Below, in pieces: positions 51,930 to 59,889 of a stretch of 64,000 bases of DNA. The notes under the pieces are model-generated. The model had not been told where the DNA came from, did not search any database, and was given only the letters and a program-made list of their open reading frames with translations. The position numbers and the translations under genes were made by a program. This DNA comes from a virus. Taxonomy: Duplodnaviria > Caudoviricetes. Each line of letters starts with the position of its first letter. Within the stretch, counting starts at the first letter, position 1. The stretch is from the IMG/VR virus record IMGVR_UViG_3300031784_000003; one strand, 5' to 3'.

Positions 51930-52352
51930 ATGAAAAAAAGGATAGTTAGACTAACTGAATCTGATTTAAGAAGAATAGTTAAAAGAGTAATCAGAGAAGA
52001 TATGGGAGGAATGGACGATGTTCACCCTACTTATGGTAACGTTAACTTCAATGAATTAACTAGAGATCAAATCTTAAATTTAGGTAAGGATAATGATGAT
52101 GATGAATACTACGGTACATTTGATGATACATATATGGTAGATAAAAATGATAGACCTGGTAAATTTGATTATTCGGATTTTGAAGAAGAGGAATTTTCGG
52201 ATTTTGATTCATATAGAAAAAGTAAATATGGTAGAGATCCTAAAAACAAATGGGATTTAAATTCACCTGATGAAGATCAAGGCAGAAGATTTTTTAACGC
52301 ATATCAAGAAAAATCTGGCGGAAGACCTTTTAAAGTAAGAAGGAGAAGATAA
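51930..52352 (+). CDS. Acidic protein with LTES leader
   Basis: MKKRIVRLTESDLRRIVKRVIRE. Confidence 0.7.
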   Translation: MKKRIVRLTESDLRRIVKRVIREDMGGMDDVHPTYGNVNFNELTRDQILNLGKDNDDDEYYGTFDDTYMVDKNDRPGKFDYSDFEEEEFSDFDSYRKSKYGRDPKNKWDLNSPDEDQGRRFFNAYQEKSGGRPFKVRRRR

Positions 52353-52368
52353 GTTATTTTTAACACAT

Positions 52369-52396
52369 AAAAAACCCATCATTGATGGGTTTTTTT
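52369..52396 (+). terminator. Intrinsic terminator
   Basis: AAAAAACCCATC-ATT-GATGGGTTTTTTT. Confidence 0.85.
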
Positions 52397-52419
52397 ATTT
52401 AGTTTAAATATTTATAATT

Positions 52420-55400
52420 ATGAATAGATTATTTTCAGAAAAAGAAGTTAAAAAATTAAAAAATTTTATAGGTAAAAGTCTAATTACTGAACAAGGTGTA
52501 GGTAGAAGACTTGCAGATGCGTTAGAAGACGCAACATCTGCCGTTTCTAAGGCAATTAAAAATGTTGACCCAAAATTAGCCACAAACTTTTTAAATACTG
52601 AGATTAAAAGTTTTGATGATATTTCAAAACATTTAAACGATTATAAATCTATATGGAAAGCTATGGGTATAGATTGGGATTATACGAATAAGGCAATTAC
52701 AAATTTTAAAAAATGGTCAGATACTGGATTTTTAAAAACCGCAGATGAAAAGTTAATTTTACAAGTTATTAATGACTTACCAACTGAAGGGGATTTAAGA
52801 GGGATTGTTTTTGACTTATGGAAAAAAAGTAAGGGTACATACACACCAAAAAAACCTAAATCTAAATCTGTTGTTGTTAAAAACAAAAAAACTGGACAAA
52901 ATATAATTCAAAAAACAGAAAACAATCAAGTAAAAAATTATGAGGTAGATAATAACGGAAAATTATCTGAAATAAGTGATTCTGAATTAGATTTAGAACT
53001 AGATTCTAAAGAAAAACCAGAACAAGTTGCGGGTGTAAAATTGGATGACATACCAAAAGATGAATGGGATATTATTGATGCGTCATTTAAAAAATATGGT
53101 TTTGAAAATGATTGGGGTTTTGACCCTAACACAGGAGAACCTGTATATGTTATATTGCAAATAGGTGGAGAAAAAGTAAAATTTAGTTTAAATAAATATG
53201 GTCCTGAAGCATATGATAATCTTAAAATTAGTGATGATAATTTAATAGAAAAATTTAATGATGAATATGAAAAAACTTTTGAGAATACCAGTTGGATGGA
53301 TAAACCATCTAGGGAAGATTGGGTTAAAAAAGAAAAAATATTAAAGGACCCTAAATTAAGGGAAAAATATGTTAATAGATATGATGTTTCATTAGGTGTT
53401 AAATTGTGGGCAGATGAACCTAATGGTGACTGGGGTATTTGGGTTATCGCAAACCCTACAGAAATAAAAAATTATAGGAAAACAATCACACCAGAGGATT
53501 TAAAAAATGCTATATTACATACAGTTTATCACGAATTGACTCACGTTAAACAAAAACCTGGTCAACATAGTAATTTATCGTATGGTTCTGGCGAATTTAA
53601 AACTACTGAACATGCTTGGACTTATTTAAATTTTAAAAGAGATAAATCCACTAAAAGATATTCTTTTGATGAAAAAGAAATATTTAACTTTTGGGCATGG
53701 CATAAAGAAGATCCTGTTAAAGCGGAAGAACTTATTGCAGATTTTGGTGACGAAAAAGGGATTGACACTAGTTTAGATTATAGTTGGAGAGACGATTTTT
53801 ATGAGTGGGGGAAAGAAAAAAATATTTTTGACGAAAAATTTATTACAAAAAATAAAATTAAAAAACAAATTGATTCATATACTTACAAAAGAAACCTTTT
53901 TAGTGATGACGTTAAAGTAAGATCATTAAAATTGAGTATTGATAGATTTTCTAAAAGTGATAGTAGATTTAAAAAAATAAAAGAGACTACAGATAATTTA
54001 AACGATAAAGAATTTTTAAAATTTATAAATGATAATATTAATATACCTGAAATTGAGAAGGTTGTAAATGATGCTGCATATGAATTGAGTTATTGGAGTA
54101 ATGTTAAAGAAATAGAAGCCGAATTTGGGGCTAATATTAAAACTTTAATGGAATTAGGTACTTTAGAAAAAAATAAAGGTTTTGCCACTTTCTTAGTGGA
54201 TTATTTAAGAGGTACAAATAAATCTCAAAAACTGGCAGATATTGATGTAGCAAAACAAAAAAACTATATGGATACTATGCATCCTATGGTAAAAACTGTA
54301 AAAAAAATAGATAGTAGTGTAGATTCATTAATAGAATTTTTCAAAACATATATAAATAAATTTTTAAATAAAAATGTTACTGATAAAGTAAAATTAGAAA
54401 AAGAATTAACTGATGTAGGTGAGTGGGTTAATAATATACCTGAAGATTTTTTCGCAGTATTAGGAAAATTAGAAAACAGATGGAAAAAGGTATACCCTGA
54501 ACAAGCAAAAAAGATTGAGAAGGATTTATATAAACAGGCATACAATTTAATTTCTAAAGGTTATCCAGCGTTATTACCATTTATTGTTAGTGGTTTATCT
54601 GATGATGAAACTGAAGATAATAAAAATAAAAATGAATCTATAGTTTATAAAAAACATTATATAACTGAATCTTTTAAAAAAACTTATTCATTCGATTGGG
54701 ATGACAATATATTAAAAATGCCAACGAGAATTCATTTAGAATATAAGGTTGGTGGTTTACACTGGGTACCAGTTTCAGTGTCTACAGAACAATTTAGATC
54801 CATTAGACATAAAGTAGGGACAGAATTTAGGTATTTAAATGACAATGTATTAGACGCATTTAAAGATTTTAGAGAATATGAATCATTTATTAGAGATGTT
54901 AAATATGCGTTAGACAGTAGAAATTTTGGGCCTAGTTTTAATGACTTTAAAGAGGCGTTAATTAATGGTGAAGATTTTTCTATTATAACTGCGAGGTCAA
55001 ATTCACCCCTATCTTTAATTGATGGTATTAAATTATTGATAGATAAAAACTTTTCTTATAGAGAAAAAGATGAGATGGAAAAAAATCTTAATGGTACATC
55101 AATCAATGACTATCTTAAAATTCAAGATTATCATCCAGTATCTTCAAAAGAATTTTTAAAAAGTTTTAATTTAGATTTAAGTGGATCTAATCCTGAAAAA
55201 GGTAAAGAAATCGCCTTCAGAAGTTTTGTTGACCGTATAGTAAAACAAATAGACAATATAATAGACGATCCTAATTTTGAAGGTATAAGTGTGGGCTATA
55301 GTGACGATGATTTAAAAAATTTAGAGATAATAGAAAATTTAATTAGAAAAGAATTGAGTATGAAATACCCTAAAATAAAATTTAATGTCTATGACACATC

Positions 55401-55446
55401 TGACCCAAATAATCCGAAAAAGAAAAGAATTGTAATAGAAAAATAA
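52420..55446 (+). CDS. Multidomain protein: leader + shared 125-aa module + HExxH metallopeptidase-like + HAD-like domain
   Basis: LITEQ; YHELTHVKQ; later KEIEAE; ITES then FDWDDN (HAD motif I), IITAR (II), GYSDDD (IV). Confidence 0.7.
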   Translation: MNRLFSEKEVKKLKNFIGKSLITEQGVGRRLADALEDATSAVSKAIKNVDPKLATNFLNTEIKSFDDISKHLNDYKSIWKAMGIDWDYTNKAITNFKKWSDTGFLKTADEKLILQVINDLPTEGDLRGIVFDLWKKSKGTYTPKKPKSKSVVVKNKKTGQNIIQKTENNQVKNYEVDNNGKLSEISDSELDLELDSKEKPEQVAGVKLDDIPKDEWDIIDASFKKYGFENDWGFDPNTGEPVYVILQIGGEKVKFSLNKYGPEAYDNLKISDDNLIEKFNDEYEKTFENTSWMDKPSREDWVKKEKILKDPKLREKYVNRYDVSLGVKLWADEPNGDWGIWVIANPTEIKNYRKTITPEDLKNAILHTVYHELTHVKQKPGQHSNLSYGSGEFKTTEHAWTYLNFKRDKSTKRYSFDEKEIFNFWAWHKEDPVKAEELIADFGDEKGIDTSLDYSWRDDFYEWGKEKNIFDEKFITKNKIKKQIDSYTYKRNLFSDDVKVRSLKLSIDRFSKSDSRFKKIKETTDNLNDKEFLKFINDNINIPEIEKVVNDAAYELSYWSNVKEIEAEFGANIKTLMELGTLEKNKGFATFLVDYLRGTNKSQKLADIDVAKQKNYMDTMHPMVKTVKKIDSSVDSLIEFFKTYINKFLNKNVTDKVKLEKELTDVGEWVNNIPEDFFAVLGKLENRWKKVYPEQAKKIEKDLYKQAYNLISKGYPALLPFIVSGLSDDETEDNKNKNESIVYKKHYITESFKKTYSFDWDDNILKMPTRIHLEYKVGGLHWVPVSVSTEQFRSIRHKVGTEFRYLNDNVLDAFKDFREYESFIRDVKYALDSRNFGPSFNDFKEALINGEDFSIITARSNSPLSLIDGIKLLIDKNFSYREKDEMEKNLNGTSINDYLKIQDYHPVSSKEFLKSFNLDLSGSNPEKGKEIAFRSFVDRIVKQIDNIIDDPNFEGISVGYSDDDLKNLEIIENLIRKELSMKYPKIKFNVYDTSDPNNPKKKRIVIEK

Positions 55447-55517
55447 ATTTTTTAAAAAATACAATATTTATATAATAAATAATACAACTAATAAAAAGAA
55501 ATTAAAAAAAAATTAAG

Positions 55518-56006
55518 ATGGCTGATTTATTAATGAGAATGCCTGTTCCTTACGAACCACTAAGAAAGAATAGGTTTATTTTGAGATTTCCAGATGAATT
55601 GGGAATTCAAGAATGGTGGGTATCTACAACTAGCCGACCAAAATATACGAGTCAAGAGGTGGAGATACCTTTTTTAAATACTTCTACATATGTGATTGGT
55701 AGATTTAACTGGGAATCAATCTCTGTAACTTTTAGAGACCCTATCGGACCTTCTGCGACACAAGCATTAATGGAATGGGTTCGTTTACACTCTGAAACTG
55801 TAACGGGTAGACAAGGTTATGCTGCGGGATATAAAAAGGACGTAGAGTTAGAAATGTTAGACCCAACAGGTGTAGTAGTTCAAAAATGGATTTTACAAGG
55901 AACTCAATTAAATGATGTGGATTTCGGTGGATTAGATTATTCATCTTCTGATTTGGCAGATATCACTGCAACACTTAGATTTGATAGAGCAATTAACGTA
56001 TTCTAA
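55518..56006 (+). CDS. Tail tube protein (T4 gp19-like)
   Basis: YEPLRKNRFILRF, WESISVTFRDPI, GYKKD..L.MLDP.G..VQKW.L.G, TLRFD. Confidence 0.9.
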   Translation: MADLLMRMPVPYEPLRKNRFILRFPDELGIQEWWVSTTSRPKYTSQEVEIPFLNTSTYVIGRFNWESISVTFRDPIGPSATQALMEWVRLHSETVTGRQGYAAGYKKDVELEMLDPTGVVVQKWILQGTQLNDVDFGGLDYSSSDLADITATLRFDRAINVF

Positions 56007-56027
56007 TTTCATATAAAACTTAAATAT

Positions 56028-56056
56028 AAAAATCCCATTATTCAATGGGATTTTTT
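56028..56056 (+). terminator. Intrinsic terminator after tube gene
   Basis: AAAAATCCCATT-ATTC-AATGGGATTTTTT. Confidence 0.85.
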
Positions 56057-56107
56057 GTTTTTATTTAATATTTATTTATTAGAATAATTATATATAATAA
56101 AAAAATT

Positions 56108-57199
56108 ATGGCAAGAAAAATTTTAAATTTAAATGAAGAATTAAAAAGGATAAAATCTTTATTTACTGAAGAAAGAATGTATGGTAATCTTAATGAAGAT
56201 GTATCTGAATGTCAGTGTGAAGACCCTAATGGTGATCTATACGGTAAACTTAATGAAGAAACGGGTCTATGTGATCCTGAGTTATGTGAATCAGAAGGAG
56301 ATGATGATAATAAATCCACATCAGGCGTTCCCTCAGGTTTTATTGAATTAACGTCATCTAAGAAAAATGAAATAGAAAATGATGAAACAGATTCAATTAA
56401 ATTTTATGAATCAAAACAAGTGGGTGGTAAAACATATGTGAAAAGAATGTCTTTTGAAAAAATAAAACAAAAAGTAGGATATATTGATAAACCAAAACCA
56501 GGAAGAGATATGGACTACGTAAAAAGAAAAATAAAAGACGATAAAGGTGTACCTGTAGAAATTTATATCTCTAAAGATGGTGAATTAAACTTCATGACAA
56601 AAAAAGAAGGTAAAGCAATTAGAAAAGATATTAGTAAAGATGTAAAACAAGATAAGGGTGTTATCGATGATAATATAGATAGTTGTAAAGAACATCTTAA
56701 AGCTATGTATAAAGCTTGGAAAAAGGGTGCTGGTCCTGGTGAATTAGAAGATTTTGGGTTTGAGGCAGATGCATATAAATCTGTTGAAAGATGTATGGCG
56801 AATTTCTATAATAGATTTGAAAAAGATGATGGAGTATTTTCTAGAATTGGAGTTGGTAGAGAGGATATAATGCAAATGGTTAAATCTTTTCAAGACGATG
56901 ATTTAGTTGGTGATTATAGAAGTGGAGAAGGTCAAGTTCAAAAAGGTGTAGAAGGTGAAAAATATACGGTTGAAAATGCTAGAGGTACTAAATTAGGTGT
57001 CATAAAGAAAAAAACAGGAAATCAGTATAAATTTAATGGTGTAAGAGGATATATATTTATAGAAAAAAGAAATGGTGTTTTACAATTTAAACCATTTGTT
57101 TTAGGTCCAATTTTTAAAGCGTTAAATTTAAATGTTGATACTAATAAAATAACGGTAATCGAAGGTGGAGAAAATAACGCATTATTTAGAGTTAAATAA
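56108..57199 (+). CDS. Hypothetical protein with LNEE..FTEE leader
   Basis: LNLNEELKRIKSLFTEERMYGNL, shared with 59890 gene. Confidence 0.7.
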   Translation: MARKILNLNEELKRIKSLFTEERMYGNLNEDVSECQCEDPNGDLYGKLNEETGLCDPELCESEGDDDNKSTSGVPSGFIELTSSKKNEIENDETDSIKFYESKQVGGKTYVKRMSFEKIKQKVGYIDKPKPGRDMDYVKRKIKDDKGVPVEIYISKDGELNFMTKKEGKAIRKDISKDVKQDKGVIDDNIDSCKEHLKAMYKAWKKGAGPGELEDFGFEADAYKSVERCMANFYNRFEKDDGVFSRIGVGREDIMQMVKSFQDDDLVGDYRSGEGQVQKGVEGEKYTVENARGTKLGVIKKKTGNQYKFNGVRGYIFIEKRNGVLQFKPFVLGPIFKALNLNVDTNKITVIEGGENNALFRVK

Positions 57200-57201
57200 C
57201 T

Positions 57202-59049
57202 ATGAGTAAAAAAATTTTCATAACAGAAAGTCAATATAATAGAATTTTTAGTGGTGACAATTTTTTATTTGAAGCGGATGATAAAAAGGATGCTGAAAAT
57301 GCTAAAAAATTTTTAAGAAGTATTGGTTGGCCTAACGATATAATAGGTGGATCGTTATCACAAAATCATGTTTTTGCACAATCAGTATTAAATGCATTAA
57401 AGCAATTAAATAATGTTTATATTGCAGAAAAGGTAATCACTGGTACTAAGGGTAAATATGATGTTTGTATCTCTAAACCAGGATTAGGTACTTGTAATGT
57501 TGCGGCTGGAGGTAGTCTATATGCAGCAAAAGACTTTAGTGATTTAGCAAATAAAATTTCTAATAAGACTATTGGTGATAATAGGGCTTCTGATATCGCT
57601 AACAATGACACAGTATACTTTCAATTCGGTAAATTACAAAATGAATTAAATACGGCTTTCAAATATGATAAATATGCTTGGAAGTCAGAATATTTTCCTG
57701 ATGGGTGGTGGAATTTTTTTAGTACATATTTTGGTACAGATAATTATACACAAATAAAAAATAGAATACAAAAAATCCAACCTTATAATATTAATTACAA
57801 TAAAAGTACTTTAAATCAATATGAAAAGGGTACTAGTCTTTGGAATTACATATCAGATTGTTTTACTGATTTTCATTGTGCGATGGATGTTGCCTCTATT
57901 GCGGTTTTAGCAATACCAGGAGTTGGAATGGCTTTAAGTGCGGGTATAGACTTTGCAAATGCAGCCACATATGGTGTTGATGCGTATAACGCAAAAACAA
58001 AAGAAGAAAGAGACGCTGCAATTATTGCAGGTGGATTAACTCTTTTTGGTGGATTTTTAGGTGGTGGTATTGGACAAACAAAAAGAATTTTAACTAAAGG
58101 TAGTGCAAATCCAAAAGTTTATAGATATGCTGATGATGTCATTAAGAGAATCGATGACGAATTACCATTACTTAGAGATGTAAAAACTAATGTAAAAAAC
58201 CAAAAATTAACAACCATTTATAAAGAAACTGCCGAAAAATATGGATTAAAAGATTCAGAAATATTATTAGGTCATGATATTATAGATGATTTCGCAAAAA
58301 TTGATCCTAAAGTTGCAAAAATTTATAGTGATGCTTTAACCACTATAGAAAGTAAGATAGGTAGGGCTAATTTATTGACAGTTGCTAAAAATAAAAATTT
58401 TAAAAATCTTGTCTTACAAAATAATGGTGATGTTGTAACATCACTAAAAGCGTTTATGAAGACTACTGCAGGTAAGGAGGCATTACAAGAATTAGGGATG
58501 TTTGTAATTCTTTCAGAAGTATTATCTGAACCAACAGTTGCAAAATGGTTAAGTGATAAAATTAATCTAATACAACATAGTTTAAAACCAACTGTTCAGA
58601 CTACTATTAAAAATGATGGTTATGATTGGAAGACAACTAAAGAAATATTTTTTTCTGATGGTTCTACTAAAGATAATACTTTACTTTTAAAGGCATATGA
58701 AAAAGGTTGGAGACCTTGGACTAAAAGTGAAGAATTACCAAATGAAGAGGAGATGCAAAAATCTAGAGAGTGGTTATCTAAAAATCCTAGTTTCCAAACT
58801 AAAAAATTTAAAGATTGGTTGTCTACACAAGCTTCTGAATTAGGGAAAGAAAGTCTTAGTGGTAAAGAATCTTTAGGTGTAGAAATGACACCTGTTGACG
58901 CAAAAGACAGAAAAGAAAATGTGAGGTACGCTGATACTAAAGAAGAGATGGACGCTTTAAAACCTGGGATAGATGATGGTAAAAGTGGTGAGGAGGCAAT
59001 AGATTTGTTAGATAAACAACTAGAAGAATATTTAAAAAGTCAAAAATGA
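57202..59049 (+). CDS. Protein with ITES leader and pre-toxin-TG-like hydrophobic segment
   Basis: IFITESQYNRI; H..MDV..IPGVG..ID.ANA..Y..A..GG segment. Confidence 0.6.
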   Translation: MSKKIFITESQYNRIFSGDNFLFEADDKKDAENAKKFLRSIGWPNDIIGGSLSQNHVFAQSVLNALKQLNNVYIAEKVITGTKGKYDVCISKPGLGTCNVAAGGSLYAAKDFSDLANKISNKTIGDNRASDIANNDTVYFQFGKLQNELNTAFKYDKYAWKSEYFPDGWWNFFSTYFGTDNYTQIKNRIQKIQPYNINYNKSTLNQYEKGTSLWNYISDCFTDFHCAMDVASIAVLAIPGVGMALSAGIDFANAATYGVDAYNAKTKEERDAAIIAGGLTLFGGFLGGGIGQTKRILTKGSANPKVYRYADDVIKRIDDELPLLRDVKTNVKNQKLTTIYKETAEKYGLKDSEILLGHDIIDDFAKIDPKVAKIYSDALTTIESKIGRANLLTVAKNKNFKNLVLQNNGDVVTSLKAFMKTTAGKEALQELGMFVILSEVLSEPTVAKWLSDKINLIQHSLKPTVQTTIKNDGYDWKTTKEIFFSDGSTKDNTLLLKAYEKGWRPWTKSEELPNEEEMQKSREWLSKNPSFQTKKFKDWLSTQASELGKESLSGKESLGVEMTPVDAKDRKENVRYADTKEEMDALKPGIDDGKSGEEAIDLLDKQLEEYLKSQK

Positions 59050-59234
59050 TAGTTTTAGAAATACAAAAAAAAATAGATGATATAAAAAATAGGTTAGATG
59101 AAATTAATAATCTATTTGATATTTATAATATAAATGATGAAGAAAGTATGAATTATTTTATTAATGAAATACAATCTTATAAAGAAGAATTAAAAAAAAT
59201 AAGTGATGAAAAACTTAAAAGAACAAATAAGTAG
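59046..59234 (+). CDS. Small coiled-coil hypothetical protein
   Basis: ORF track; ATGA overlap with upstream gene; overlaps next gene by about 30 bp. Confidence 0.4.
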   Translation: MIVLEIQKKIDDIKNRLDEINNLFDIYNINDEESMNYFINEIQSYKEELKKISDEKLKRTNK

Positions 59235-59877
59235 AATAAAAAATCTAATGTTATTATCTGAACAATGTGGCACTGATTTAAATCAATGTGAAGAAGATTT
59301 AGAAAATAAAGGATATAAGGTTTTTAGTCCTACTGAAAGTAAAAATATTTGTGACGATAATGAAAACATACAATGTTTAGAATCATCATTCTCATCATTA
59401 AGTGGAAAATTAAGTGTTAGTTCTGCAGGAAACTCTGTTAAAGATTGTTTTGTACTATTAAAGAGTAATCATCAAACAATGGGAATACCAACGTTTCATT
59501 TTACTTTTTATTCTGACGGTCAAGTCGTTTTATCATTTTTATTAAATGAAAATAATGATAAAAAGAAATTAGTGTATAGATCTAAATATGAATGTAGTGG
59601 TGGTTCTGTAGATATTAAAGGTGGTGCGGGTTTTAAATATATTGGTGTTAAGTCAGGAAACGTAGTTAAGGCAGAAAATATAACTTTTATTAATGATAAT
59701 AATAACAATGTTGTACTTAATGATGCTCAGGCAGTTAAAATGGAACTTAAAAGTGGAGAATTAAAATACCAAGATGTTTTAACATATTATATGAATAGAG
59801 CTGGATTATATACAGGAAATGTTTTAAATAAAGGATTACCATATAATCAAATAGTGGCATTATTAACTCATACATAA
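59203..59877 (+). CDS. Hypothetical protein with LKEQ..LLSE leader
   Basis: MKNLKEQISRIKNLMLLSEQ. Confidence 0.7.
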   Translation: MMKNLKEQISRIKNLMLLSEQCGTDLNQCEEDLENKGYKVFSPTESKNICDDNENIQCLESSFSSLSGKLSVSSAGNSVKDCFVLLKSNHQTMGIPTFHFTFYSDGQVVLSFLLNENNDKKKLVYRSKYECSGGSVDIKGGAGFKYIGVKSGNVVKAENITFINDNNNNVVLNDAQAVKMELKSGELKYQDVLTYYMNRAGLYTGNVLNKGLPYNQIVALLTHT

Positions 59878-59889
59878 AAAAAAATAAAT

